From assembly GCA_965262915.1 (NCBI GenBank), contig OZ253564.1:352001-416000 (forward strand): a stretch of 64,000 nt of DNA, in the 5' to 3' direction. The position numbers and the translations under genes were made by a program. Shown in pieces: positions 1 through 11,877 of this stretch; position 1 is the stretch's first letter; each line of letters starts with the position of its first letter. Under the pieces are notes generated by a model. It did not search any database. It was given only the letters and a program-made list of their open reading frames with translations, and was not told the DNA's origin. Source of the stretch: Candidatus Spongiisociaceae bacterium (GTDB lineage Bacteria > Actinomycetota > Acidimicrobiia > Spongiisociales > Spongiisociaceae).

Positions 1-837
1 TTCAAGAGCCAGCCAGAGCCGGTCGGCATCGCCCGCCGGGAAGCGACGCCCGTAGCCGGTAACCGAACGAACCCCAATACTCGCTCCATTCACCTCCCCC
101 AGAAGCCTATCCAGGCGAACGCCTTTCCACTCCTGGGTCGCGTACCAGCCACCGGTGCAGTCGAGCGTGGCCTCGATGATCTCCAGCGGCAGCGCCGCCA
201 GGTCATCCGGCCCGAGCAGATGGCCGGCCACAGTCACCTCCGCCCGGTCGAGGCGGGGCACCGAATCCGTGAACCACTGGGTGACCGGCATCGCGGCCGG
301 GTTGCCGCTCCCCCGCTCGTGCGATCCGGTGAAACGGCGTTCTCCGCCCGGCCAGCCGATGGCTCCGACCATGGTCTCCCACCCGGCCAGAACGACACCG
401 GCTCCGGCGGTGAGCGAGGCCACCCGCACCAGGTTCCGCCTTGCCAGATCGATGGAGCGAGGTCGGACCGGGTGGCGCCGGTAGTGCCAGACCGCCAGGC
501 CAACCGAGAGGACCGCGGCACCGATGTGTACTTGCATCGTCGCCAGCGGTCCGATAGATCGGACAGTTCCGGTCATCTGTGCCAGTCCCGACCCGATCGT
601 GATCACAACTGTGAGCGCCAGGGCAATCGACCAGATGGCACCCTTCCGGCGCCTCCGCAGACCCGAGTTCATGATGCGGGATTTCCAGGGTACGAGCAGC
701 AGGAAGGACAGACCCACAACGCCGTGGGCGATCGTCGCCGCCCGGGACCAGCCGGTCCCGAGGCCTTGGGCGACGAGACCCGAAGCGAGGGCGAGGATCA
801 GGAGCCCGGCCAGCGCGAGGTTGGTGAACCGCTTCAC
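1..837 (-). CDS. Membrane-anchored molybdopterin-dependent oxidoreductase (sulfite oxidase/MsrP-like), 3' end beyond window
   Basis: Manual translation from GTG 837 gives hydrophobic N-terminal helices, then ATLDCTGGWYATQEWKGVRL (Moco Cys motif). Absent from the ORF track because it runs off the window. Confidence 0.75.
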   Translation of the reverse strand, partial: MKRFTNLALAGLLILALASGLVAQGLGTGWSRAATIAHGVVGLSFLLLVPWKSRIMNSGLRRRRKGAIWSIALALTVVITIGSGLAQMTGTVRSIGPLATMQVHIGAAVLSVGLAVWHYRRHPVRPRSIDLARRNLVRVASLTAGAGVVLAGWETMVGAIGWPGGERRFTGSHERGSGNPAAMPVTQWFTDSVPRLDRAEVTVAGHLLGPDDLAALPLEIIEATLDCTGGWYATQEWKGVRLDRLLGEVNGASIGVRSVTGYGRRFPAGDADRLWLALE

Positions 838-891
838 TCCTTTGCTCCCACCGGGGTTGGGTGGCTCGACGGATTGCGGCTGCCAGGAAAG

Positions 892-1184
892 CTACGCATG
901 CAGCATCCTGATCGTCTTGCCGATCCGGCGCCGCCGTGTCGCCGGTCGCTTAGGAGAATGCCGAAAAACGGGTGAATACCTGGCCGTCGTCCGCTGACGT
1001 GGAATTTTGTCATCGACCGTCGGGCCGGCGGGGGGTTTCTCAGCACTCTCCTAGCTTCGTCAATCCATTCCAGGTACTCGCGCCGGTGGCTGGGTGGCAG
1101 CTTGCGGAAAGCCGCCCACGCCGCCGGATCTGAATCGAGCGCCGCGGCGAGATCCTCCCGGGTCAGCCCATCATCCGTGCTCAC
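892..1184 (-). pseudogene. YdeI/OmpD-associated family small protein interrupted by a MITE
   Basis: Removing 953-1053 restores ...LPPSHRREYLEWIDEAKRPATRRRRIGKTIRMLHA* (63 aa), the typical C-terminal motif of the family. Confidence 0.8.
953..1051. mobile_element. MITE family A, copy 1 (99 bp, TA target duplication)
   Basis: Terminal inverted repeats GGAGAATGCCGAAAA ... TTTCTCAGCACTCTCC flanked by TA at 951-952 and 1052-1053. Homologous to 32621-32718 and 38798-38898. Confidence 0.85.
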
Positions 1185-1245
1185 CCCACCAGCCTACGCC
1201 CGTCATGTGGCTAGGTGACCGAGTGCCTTGTACCATGTGGCGGCC

Positions 1246-1330
1246 GGGCGAGTGGCGGAATTGGTAGACGCGCTGGGTTCAGGACCCAGTGAGCATTGAG
1301 CTCGTGGAGGTTCGAGTCCTCTCTCGCCCA
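1246..1330 (+). tRNA. tRNA-Leu(CAG), CCA end not encoded
   Basis: Acceptor stem GGGCGAG/CTCGCCC, D-loop GGAATTGGTAGAC, anticodon arm CTGGG-TTCAGGA-CCCAG, long variable arm, GGTTCGAGTCC T-arm; TACCAT -10-like hexamer at 1231-1236. Confidence 0.97.
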
Positions 1331-1421
1331 CCGGGTTCCTACTCGGTCTATCGTCTGTCTCCGCTCGACCACGGACGGGTCGCCGGATTCGTATGTGTGA
1401 ACCGCGGTTCGGCGTTGCCGG

Positions 1422-1736
1422 TTACGACGTGGGGAGGAGGCTCTCGGCGCGACCACCGCTGATCGCGATCAGCCCGGTGGCGCTGTTGCCGCTGATAGCG
1501 ATGACGCCGACCGCGTTCGCTCCCCCTATGGCAACGAATCCGACGGCGTTGACAGCACTTATCGCAACAAGGCCGACCGCGTTCACCCCTCCGAGCGCGA
1601 CCAACCCCAAGGCGTTCAGGACGCTCATCGCGGCCATCCCAAAGGCGTTCAGGACGCCCAAAGCTACGAGGCCGATCGCGTTCCCTCGACTCGCGGCCAC
1701 GGAGCCGATCGTCGTCCACTTGTCGGAATACTCCAT
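1422..1736 (-). CDS. Small hydrophobic protein made of 11-residue Gly/Ala-rich repeats
   Basis: ATG 1736 with purine-rich RBS; about 7 repeats of NAxGLVA(L/I)(G/S)xx. Confidence 0.7.
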   Translation of the reverse strand: MEYSDKWTTIGSVAASRGNAIGLVALGVLNAFGMAAMSVLNALGLVALGGVNAVGLVAISAVNAVGFVAIGGANAVGVIAISGNSATGLIAISGGRAESLLPTS

Positions 1737-1780
1737 CTGGTTTTCCCTTTTCGTCCGGTTCCTGTCGCTCTCGGTCTCTC

Positions 1781-2146
1781 TCAGGCGTCCCTCGTGGTCG
1801 ATGCCCGCATGTAGGCGAGGCCGATCACCGGAACGACTGCAAATACCAGCGGCAGGGGCCAATCACCTTTCACCGTGCCCTGGCCTATCAACAGCGCGAG
1901 CACGAGATCCCCCAGGATGCCGACCAGCAGCAGCGCCAGGGTAGCCCCGAGAAGTCCCCTCCTGAGAGGCTTGGAGGAGGCGACCGCCACCAAGAGCAGG
2001 ATCGCTGCTCCAGGGTGGACAAGGCTCAGGAGGATGCGCTCAGGAATCGTGCCCCCGTCGGCGAAGCTCCCCACCAGAGCGGTGAAGGCAGAAAAGGCGA
2101 GATGAAGGGCGGCCAGGATGATCATCGGTACGCGGAGGTTTTTCAT
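1781..2146 (-). CDS. Hypothetical four-helix membrane protein
   Basis: MKNLRVPMIILAALHL..., four hydrophobic segments, AAGGA upstream. Confidence 0.7.
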   Translation of the reverse strand: MKNLRVPMIILAALHLAFSAFTALVGSFADGGTIPERILLSLVHPGAAILLLVAVASSKPLRRGLLGATLALLLVGILGDLVLALLIGQGTVKGDWPLPLVFAVVPVIGLAYMRASTTRDA

Positions 2147-2347
2147 TGGGTCCGTCCTTGCGTCGGATCCCGGTAGCCGGGGCACCGTTGCGGAACCCCT
2201 CCCAGGATGGCCGGGTGCTGTGTCCGGCGAAGTCTAAGGGTCCATGGCTGTGACGAAGGGTCTTCGCTCAGGGAACCGCTGGATGTCAACAGATAAGAGC
2301 CTATGGCTGGACCGTTGGTTAGGCGAGTTGACAGCCCGGCACCGGAC

Positions 2348-2690
2348 TCAGGCGGCGGAGTTGAGCGTCTCCTCGATCATCGAAGGGTTGGCCGCACCGT
2401 CTGTCCGGTGCCGCTCCTTCCCGCCGCGCAGGTATATCAGTGTCGGCGTACCCATGACCGACCATTCATCGGCCAGGTCGGGACTCCGCTCAACGTGTAC
2501 CGCGACGAACCGCCACGCATCGGCGTGGTCCCCGGCGAGGCGCTCCAGACGGAGGCGGAGCACCCGGCACGGGCGGCACCAAGCGCCCCCAGAAGTCGAT
2601 TACCATTCCCCGATCCTCAGAAACGATGACCTCGTCGAGTTCAGCGACCTCTGAGACCTCGCGGATGTAAGCGCTCTCCCCCGTAGGCAC
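2348..2690 (-). pseudogene. Thioredoxin-family protein (WCRPC) with a +1 frameshift
   Basis: Removing one G from the run at 2586-2590 joins MVIDFWG to AWCRPCRVLR...SVMGTPTLIYLRGGKE. Confidence 0.75.
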
Positions 2691-3274
2691 CCCTCGGCAA
2701 TCTCCTCTTGGCGACACTCCATGCCGGTCTCATATGGCGACTCGGCGCTCGCGTCCAGATTCATCGTGATGTTGAACCTGTTGCCCCAGTTGAAGATGGA
2801 GCAGGCGAACACCATCTCCACGATCTCCTCCTCCGTGAAGAGCCCTCTCAACGAATCGAAGAACTCGTCGGTGACGGTGTGCGGATCGAGTGCTACGCGC
2901 TCGGCGAGCGAGACGGCCAGGGCCTCCCGCTCGGTAAGGACCTCGCCAGGCTGGGGCTGATGCTCGAACAGCGCTTCTTCCTTCGCAGCTACGGCACCGC
3001 TCACGGCGGTGGTTCGCACCGTCTGTCAGTAGCAACAGTCGTTGATCTGTCCGGTCTTCAGCCTCATCATCTCGCGGATGTGCGGCTCGACCGAGCCCTG
3101 GGCGAAGAACGACCCGAACACCGGGATGATCGCCTTCAGCATCTGGGGGTTCTTCCCGATCACCCCGAACATGGCGGAGTCTTCCCACCAGCCGTCGCGC
3201 CCGTCGGCCAGCAACTGGTTTACTTCGGCGTCGGGACTTTCCCCTGGGGACAGAGGCGTGACTCGTGATGCCAT
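2600..3274 (-). CDS. AhpD/carboxymuconolactone decarboxylase-like protein, predicted selenoprotein (CxxU)
   Basis: ATG 3274 ...REMMRLKTGQINDCCY-TGA(3026-3028)-QTVRT... continues in frame into the CMD C-terminal half (EREALAVSLAE...FTEEEIVEMVFACSIFNWGNRFN). The 3' end is uncertain because it overlaps the trx start. Confidence 0.8.
2986..3025 (-). promoter_or_regulatory. Candidate bacterial SECIS hairpin
   Basis: Directly 3' of UGA: apical stem CACCGC/GCGGTG with loop CGTGA starting 21 nt after UGA; lower pairings ACGG/CCGT and CAG/CTG. Confidence 0.6.
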
Positions 3275-4559
3275 ATGTTGACCCCTCTCGTGGTGGCTTC
3301 CGCGCCGGCGGACACCGCCGCGGCTCTCCGCACGCTGGAGGTCAGTCGATGCGTACCGCGGATGTTTGATCGATGGTGCGCTGCAGGGCAAGGGCGCGGT
3401 ATAGGAAGGTGGCCATCTGGGCCCGGGTAACAGAACGGTCCGGACAGTACCGAAGCGGGTCGGCGGAGCATCCGACGGTGATGCCCACCGCCGCCAAGGC
3501 GTCGATGTTGGCCGCATGCACGCTGCCGCCGGTGTCGGTGAACCCTGCGGTCTGCGCCGGCTGGAGGTCGAGGGCCCTGACCATGAAGGTGGCCATCTGG
3601 GCCCGGGTAACAGAACGGTCCGGGCAGTACCGAGGCGGGTCGGCGGTACATCCGATGGTGATGCCACGGTCGGCGAGGCGTTCCGCGTAGCGGATCCACC
3701 ATTGGCCGGCGGCTACGTCGTCGAATCGGGACGCACCCGCCGTGGGCGGCTCCCCGCCGAGCATACGGATCATCCACACCGCCATCACCCACCGCTGTAT
3801 CGGCTCGTGCGGGCAGAAACGGCCTTCCCCGCACTCGGTATCGACAACCACGCCGTCGGTGGCCAGGGCCCCGATGGCGGGGGCGTGTACACCTTCGGCA
3901 TCGACATCGGTGAACTCGGTCGTGATGCCGACGATCACCGGGGCGTCTGTTGCTCCCGCAGCCGTCTTGGCCCCTCCATGGGTGTCGGTATAGGAGCCGA
4001 CGACCCGTAGAAAGTGGTCCTCATCTGCGGCTATCGGCGTGTAGGCGGCGGTAGTGGCGCCGTCTATGGCCTCCCAAGCGGTGCGAGCCGCGGAACGTTC
4101 CCACTGCCAGGCCAAGTCGGCAACGCCACCGTCCGGATCGACAAGCGCAGCGCCGAGTCGCCTACCGACCCGGGGTTGAGGCACCGACAGGGTGACCTCG
4201 CCGGGTTCGTCCACGTTGGTGACGATGACCGTCACCCCGATCAAGTCGTCCCTGCGCCGGTCGGCCTCTCCTTCGACATCCTTGCTATCACGCACCCCCA
4301 CGGTCACCGTGTAGCTGCTCCTGATCTCGTAATCCGGCGAGGCTCCGGTTCGCAGTTGGCCAGATGACGCGACAAGGTCGAAGGAGTCGGCGTTGGGACC
4401 GCCCAGCGTGTAGGTCAACCCATCGCCCTCCGGATCCACCGCCGTGAGCGGACCACCGATGTTCACACCCGGCTCACTGTTCTCCACCACCGAACGTACC
4501 GTCCGCGACCCCTCCGAGAACTCCGGCGGCTGATTGGCCCCCGGCGGCAGCGGCGCAGG

Positions 4560-4631
<72 letters not shown>

Positions 4632-5241
4632 GTTTCCGGTGGTCATGCGACGCGGGGGAGTCCCTACCCGGACCACATCGGCTGTCACCGCCTCCTCGTA
4701 CTTGGACGCACCGAAGGTGTCCCGGTAGGTAGCGGCGACCCGCAGGAACCGGCCTTCGTCGCCGGCCGTCGGCTCGTAGGTGGCCGTTTCGGCTCCGGGG
4801 ATAACTATCCAGATGTCCGAGCCGTGCGAATGCTCCCAGGTCCACGCATCAACCAGGACAACACCGTCCGGATCGTCCAAGGTGGCCGTGAGCGGGCTGC
4901 CCACCAGGGGATTGTCCGATGACAGTCCTATCGATCCGTCATCGTCCTCGTTGGTGACCGAAACCACGACATCCAGGGTGCCGGTCTTGCGCTTCCCGTC
5001 GTCGGCTCGGACGGTCAAGTTGTAGTCGTTGTTCCTTCCGCTGTCGGCAGGGGTCTCGTAGTCGGGCTGCTCGACGAAGCTGAGCGCGCCGCCGACGATC
5101 TCGAAGTGGCGGATGTCGCGTCCCACCAACGACCAGTTGATCGAGTCTCCTTCCGGGTCCGTGGCCGTATAGGAGGCTGCGGTGCCCGAGCGGTGCTCTC
5201 CGTAGCGGACTACGGCGTCACCGTCGATGTCAGGCGCCTCG

Positions 5242-6694
5242 CCCGGGTTCAAGGGGTCGTTGCAACACTGCCTTGTTGGAGGGAGTGTAGGTGTTCGTTG
5301 AGGGTCTCGGCGGGGGTCTTCCAGTTGAGGGTTTTGCGGGGTCGGCTGTTGAGTGCTGCAGCGACAGCGTCGAGGTCGCCTCTTGAGTGTCTGTGGAGGT
5401 CGGTGCCTTTGGGGAAGTATTGGCGGAGCAGGCCGTTGGTGTTCTCGTTGGTGCCGCGCTGCCATGGACTTTGGGGGTCGCAGAAGTAGATGTCGAGGTT
5501 GGTGTCTGTGCGGAGCTGGGCGTGTTGTGCCATTTCGACTCCTTGGTCCCAGGTCAGCGAGCGGCGGAGCTGTTGGGGCAGGGTGATGATCGACGCAGCG
5601 ATGGCGTCTCGTACGGCTTGGGCGCCGTGGCCGGCAAGAGGGGGCCCGTTGTGGACCCGTTGCTGTTTTCGGTGGCCTGGCATGGGTGGGAGGTGCAGCA
5701 GCATCGTGAACCTGGTGGTCCGCTCAACCAGCGTCCCGATCGCAGAACTGTGGAGTCCCAGGATCAGGTCGCCTTCCCAGTGGCCTGGCACTGCCCGGTC
5801 GTCGGCCTCGGCGGGGCGTTGGCTGATCATGATCTCGGGAGCAACGAACGTCTTGCGTCGCCTCCGGGTTCGTGCCCTGGGGACCCGCAAAGCTCGCCCG
5901 GTTCGCAAACACGCCACGAGTTCGCGTTTGAGCGCACCCCTGCCTTGCACATAAAGCGCCTGGTAGATCGCTTCGTGAGAGATTCTCATCGACTCATTGT
6001 CGGGGAAATCGACCCGGAGCCGCCTCGAGATCTGCTCAGGGCTCCACGACGTTGCCCACCGTCGATCCTTTCGGGGCCCATGACGGCGACCGACCCAGCG
6101 CACCTGGGGGCCTGGCACCAGCTCACCATCGGGGCGGGCGATAACACCACCGAGACGATCCTGCACATACTCACGAAGTTCGTCGTTCCCAGGCGAGCTT
6201 CGCCACCTTCGGACGGCAGGCACGCCGATCCGAATGCCACTGCGCGGTCGTGGCCCGATACTCCAGGCCTCCGCTACGGGTTGCGGCGTTGCGACGCAAC
6301 TCACGCGAAATCGTCGACGCACACCGACCCAGACGGCGGGCGATCTCACGCACCCCACAGTCGCGGGCGTGGAGAACCGCGATCTCTTCCCGCTCAACAA
6401 AAGACAAATAGCGCCCCCAAACAGGGACAAAAGAAAATGGGACCATCCCGCCATTCTCGCGGAACCAACGCGAACCAACCGCAGGCGACACACCAGCCGC
6501 CACACCGGCATCCTCGCTCGACAACCCACCAGCGATCCCTTCCCAAAACCGCTCCCGATGCTCACGCCGCCCGACCGGCGGACGACCAGGCGACCGCATC
6601 GCCGGCCGCAACGCACGATCAGCCCTACGAACCTTCCTTGCTCCCATTGCAACTCCTCACTCTCGAGACGTTGCGACGACCGTTTGAATCCGCC
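5242..6694 (-). mobile_element. IS30-family insertion sequence
   Basis: Imperfect terminal IRs (GGGTTCAAGGGGTCGTTGCAACAC / ACGTTGCGACGACCGTTTGAATCC); flanking direct repeat CGCCTCG at 5235-5241 and 6691-6697, so the exact right end is uncertain by 4 bp. Confidence 0.9.
5249..6647 (-). pseudogene. IS30 transposase with a +1 frameshift near 6190
   Basis: HTH part (YLSFVEREEI...STISRELRRN) in one frame; catalytic part (WSPEQIS, GHWEGDL, LTWDQG, PWQRGTNENTNGLLRQYFPKG) in another. Confidence 0.85.
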
Positions 6695-9600
6695 TCGTTC
6701 TCGTCGGTCACTGTGATGGTCACCGAGATCGAGGCGCTCAAGCCTGATGGGTCGGTGGCCCTGACCGTGAACGTGTACCGGTCCTTGGATTCATGATCGA
6801 GCGAATCCTTGGTACGTATCTGCCCGGTGCCGCGGACGATCGAGAATGCATCCGCCTCGGTGCCTTCCAGGGTGTAGGTCAGGGTGGCGTCCTCGGCGTC
6901 GTTGGCCCGTACCGCCGCGCCCGTATTGACCCCGGCGCGTGTGTTCTCGGCCACGGTGCGCTGCCCGGTCTCTGTCTGCGGGAATACGGGCGCGGTGTTG
7001 GTGACCGTGGCCGCCCGGACCCGCTTGGCCGACACTACCCGAGCCTCCTTTCCCGTACCTTCCCCGTCGGTGTACGAAGCGGTGACGCGCAGATAGTGGT
7101 TGAGGTAGGCGGAGACGGGCGTGTAACTCCCGGCAGTGGCACCGTCGATGGTGGACCAGCCACTGTTCCGGCTCGTGGAGTTCTCCCATATCCAGCTGAC
7201 CCCCGTGACCGAGCCGTCAGGGTCCTCCAGATCCGCATCGAGGGCGGTGCCCACCTGAGGCTGGTCGGACGACAGGCTTACCGTGCCGTCCTCATCCAGA
7301 TTCGTCACGGTGACCGTCACCGTCTCGAAAGCCGTGTTGATCCCATCCGAAGCCCCGACCGTCACCAGATAGCTGTTGTCTCGATCTGAATCGGTGGGGT
7401 TCTCGTAATCCGGCACCGTCTCGAATCTGAGTTCGCCGTTCGGAGTGATGGTGAAGTCATCCCGATCGGTTCCAGACAGCGACCAGGTGATCGTCTTGCG
7501 CTCCGGATCCTGCGCCGAGTAGTCGTCCACCAGCCCACCCTGGTTTTCCGGATAGTCGATATCGGTCTCTCCCGTTATCTCCGGCGCTTCGTCTTCGCCG
7601 GTCACGTTCACCGTGGTGTCAGCGGTCACCCGATGCGTCCCGTCGGAGGCAACGACGGTGATCTCGTAACTGTTGTTCCTGCCGGCGTCGGTGGGTATCT
7701 CGTAATCCGGTACCGCCTCGAAGCGGAGTTCGCCGTTCGGAGTGATGGTGAAGTCATCGCGGTCTGTTCCCTCCACCGACCACTCGATAGTGCCATTCTC
7801 CGGGTCGGTCGCCGTGTAGAGATCGACCCGTTGGGTGTCGTTCTCGTCGTAGGAGTAAGAGGGCAACGGCCCATCGAGAAGCTCCGGCGGTTCGTTCGCA
7901 TCGGTCACCCTTACGGTGACGGCGATGGTGTCGTCGGTCGATGGGTCGTAGTTGCCGGCGGCATCCTTGCTGTCCTTGACCGATACCTCGAGTGAATACT
8001 CCGTTACCGAACCCTCGTGATCCAGCATCGCATCGCCGCTTACCGAGAACTGGCCGGTCGACAAGTCGATGTTGAACAGCTTGACATCAGGACCCGACAG
8101 GTCGTAGATCAGCGAGTCGCCGTCGTCATCGGTGGCGGCGACCGGCGTCCCGACGTTGGTGCCCTCGCCAGCGTTCTCGGCCACGCTACGTACAGCGCTG
8201 TCACCTTCGTCGAAGGAGGGCGCCTGGTTCCCCGTACCAGGCTTGCCGGTGGCGGTGACGGACCAGGGCCCGTCGACAGCCCCGGTGGTCACGGCCCGTA
8301 CCTGCACGTCGTACTCCGTTCCCTCGGTCAGGCCGGTGATCGTGTACTTCAGGTCTCCCGAGGTCCAAGCGTTGTCCTGGAGGGTCCAGTTGGTGTCGAC
8401 GGCCTTCTCGGCGTCGGTCGACTCGGCATCGATGTGACGCACGTCGTAGGCGGTGATGTCGGACTCGTCGGTGGCGCTGGGTACGTCCCACCCGAGTGCC
8501 AGAGCACCGACCTCAGGGGTGACGGAGACGATGCGGGGGACCTCCGACGGCGTGCTGTGGCCGTAGACGGTGAGGCGCCAGGAGTTGAGCACCGAGGCCG
8601 TGCCTCCCGATACGCGATCGGTCACCCGGAGCGTCCAAGTGCCGGCGGGGTCCTCTCCCAGGTGCCGGGCCGATCCGAAGCGGAAACTGCCCTGCAGTCC
8701 GCATCGCTCCCGGCTCACGCAGTACTCGTCGCGGATGCTGCCGGAGGGGAGATACGGGGCCAGTGTGGACACCGTACCCGTTGGCGATACCAATTCTATC
8801 TCCAGGTCTCTGAAGTTCGGTGCGTTGAAGGTGGCGTTGATCTCGACGAACTCGGTGAACTCCACATCCGAGCCCATGGTGATGCTGCTCGAGACCCGTC
8901 TGCGGTTATCGGGGATCGTCACGGCCCTCCCGGTCGAGGTGGCGGTCTCCTCGACGAGCGCCGGCAGGAGGTCCCAATCGCCCGCCAGGTCAACCGCGGC
9001 CTTGGCGTCCACGACCCCGAACCCGTACTCATGGCTGAACTGGTACGCGTCGGTGTCGGATCCGTACTTGAACGCGCCCTGCTGCCAACTGCTGTTGTAG
9101 GCGTCGTTCTTGCGGGCCGAAGCCGCCAGGATGAGCTTCACGTCCCGCCAGGTCAGGTCGGTGTTGGTGGCGCGTACGAGAGCCGCGACTCCGGAGACGG
9201 CTGGAGCGGCCGAGGAGGTGCCGCCGAAGGAGTCCGTGTAACGGTTGAGGTTTGTCGTGGTGGTGATTCCCTCCCCCCCGAAGTCGTTCGACGGGGCACA
9301 CACCCATAGGTTGGCGCCCTCCTCGGAGTAGATCGACCTCATGCCTTGGTCGTTCACCGCGCAGACCGCGGTGACCCCGTAGTGGTTGGCGTAGCCTTCG
9401 AGGTTGGAGTCGTCTCCCTTGAGAGCTCCGTTTCCGGCGGCCCACACGTAGAGGACGCCCTTGCCGCCGTATCCGGTTGTCATCCCGTTCTCGACTGCCA
9501 TCTGCCAGATCGCCGGGGAGGCGTCCAGTCCGGGCCCGTCCGGCCATCCCCAGCTGTTGTTCGAGACCGCCGTGGTTCCCACATGGTCGGGATGCGCCAT

Positions 9601-11877
9601 GGCATGCGCGCTGTTCGTGTCAGTAAGCCTCAGGAGGAGGTTGTAGCCGTAGATACTGGCCCGGGGCGCCACTCCCCGTACCCCATCGGTGTTGTTGCGC
9701 GCCGCGATGACTCCCGCCACGGCCGTACCGTGCGACTCAGCGGCATCGAAGATGTCGCCGCCGCCGGTGTAGTCGTGGTTCCGGCCCGTGATCACGTTGT
9801 CGCTCAGGTCCTCGTGGTCGTAGTCCATTCCGTCGTCGACCACTGCCACGTTGATACCCGCTCCGTACTGGCCGGTGTCCCATACTTCCTCTACGTTGAT
9901 GTCCTCCCCGTCCGTGCCTCCCAGCTGACCGCTGTTGTTCAGGTGCCACTGGCATCCGTAGAGCGGATCGCTGATGGTGGTGCTGATGTCGGTACAGTCG
10001 CTGATGAACCGGGCGTATGAAACGTCCTCGATCATGCGGATGGTGTAGGGCCCGGTGGTGGATACGCCCGATCCGTCCCTGAGCACCTTGATGTAGTGTG
10101 TTCCGGTCCGGAGCCGATCGCGAAGGGTGAAGCCCCATGCGACCTCCTCCTCGTCTCCGTTCTCGTCCACTTCCACGATCTCCCACTCGTACAGGTTCGC
10201 CGTGACCGGGTTGCCTCCGCTGTCGAGGAGTTCCCCGTCGATGTCGACGGTCTCGCTCGCGGCCCGCAGCACCACCCACTTGTCTTCGTCGACGTCGATC
10301 CTGAAGTAGTCAACATCGGATGCAGGGCTTATTCGCCCTCCTCGCGCACGGCGGAACTCCAAGGGTGCGGCGGTGCCGAGCGTGCTACCCGGCTCCGTAA
10401 CCGTCTCGACCTGAACCGAGTACAGACCCGTATTGACTCGAGTCGTCGAGGGGTAGCCCGTAACCCGGACGTAGTAGGTCCCGGCGTCGAGTACCGACCG
10501 GATCAAGAAGTGCAGGCCGGAGAGAAAGCCGTCGTCGTTGTAGGCCAGCAGAGTTCCCTCGTCGTCCAGCAACTCCCCGACGGTGTCGAAGGTTCCTGTA
10601 CTGCGGATGATCACATCCGTCCGCTCGTCCAGGGTGAATTCGAAGTAGTCCTGATCCCCCAGCGGATCGATGATCCCGTTCTTGAGGACGTCGAGTTCGA
10701 GGGGTGTCGCATCGGTTGTCCCGGTCGAGTCGGCGATCGCGAGGGCCAGGAGCACGTAATCACCGGTGGCCTCGCCGTAGCTGGTCACCTTGATGTAGTA
10801 GGTTCCCGCTCCGAGCGTGCGCCAGATCAGGAAGTTCCAAGGCCCGTGCGATAGGGTGCTGTCGTCGCTCGAGTCGAGTTCACCCCCGCTGCTGTTCAGC
10901 AGTTCTCCGACGGTATCGAGGTCGCCCAGGGTGAAGATGACGATGCCCGTCCTCTTGGTCAGCGTGATCCTGAAGTAATCCGCGTCGGTCCCCGGCTCGA
11001 TGAGCCCCCCGATACGGGTCCCAACCGGGAGGCTCGTGGCCGCGGATCGAGAGTCGCCGGGCTCGGCCGGTGTACCGCTCGCGGTAGCCGACCAGCCGCC
11101 GTCGGTGATGGTGACCGCGCGTACCTGCACGTCGTAGCTCGTATCGTTGTCCAGACCGGTGAGCAGATGTCGGCGCGTCCCGTTCTCGGGAGTCCAGACC
11201 TCGTCGATGACGTTCCAGTTGCTGTCGGCCTTGTCGGCAGCGTCGCTCTCGATGTAACGCAGGTCGTAGGCGGTGATGTCCGACTCGTCGACGCCCAGCG
11301 GAACGCTCCAGTAGACGGTCAGCGCTTTGTCTCCTTCCACGACGTCTCCTTCCACGACCAACCTGATCACGGGGGGCGGGTCTCGCGGCGTGCCGGTGAC
11401 GGTCGCGGACCAGTCGCCCTGGCCATCGGTGTTGACAGCGCGTACCTGCACGTCGTAGGAGACGCGTCCCGGCAGCCCGGTGATCGAGTACTGGAGCGGA
11501 TCACCTGATGCCCATGCGTACGACTCCTCGGTCCATTTGCCGTCGTCTAGTTTGTCCGCCGGGCCGGCGTCGGTTGGGATATGGCGCAGGTCATAGCGGG
11601 TGATACCCGTCACGCCGCTGGGTGCGGTCCACTGCACGGTGAGGGTTCCGTCTCCGGGGGTGACCGACGTGATTGTGGGGGCGGCAGGTGGCGTCTGAGA
11701 CCCGGCACCGCCGGTTCCCAACAGGAGGCCGGCCAAGGCTCCTGCCAGGGCGACTGCTGCCAGGATCCCGCGCCGGCTAGCCGCAGTGATCAGCACGTGA
11801 GCCACCTCTTGGGTTCCGGATCGCAGAGCCGGCGGATTCCGGAGGGCCGACCAGCCGCACTGCCGACCAGCCGTGGT

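Noticed and set aside
1246-1330. tRNA-Leu as an island integration site
   Set aside because: No integrase and no duplicated tRNA 3' end noticed in the window.
2190-2345. Riboswitch or structured RNA upstream of the membrane-protein gene (GTCAAC..GTTGAC and GCCTA..TAGGC pairings)
   Set aside because: No convincing match to a consensus I recognise; needs an Infernal/Rfam search.
6171-6200. Programmed frameshift in the IS30 transposase
   Set aside because: IS30 transposases are normally single ORFs and I see no slippery heptamer; a simple indel is more likely.
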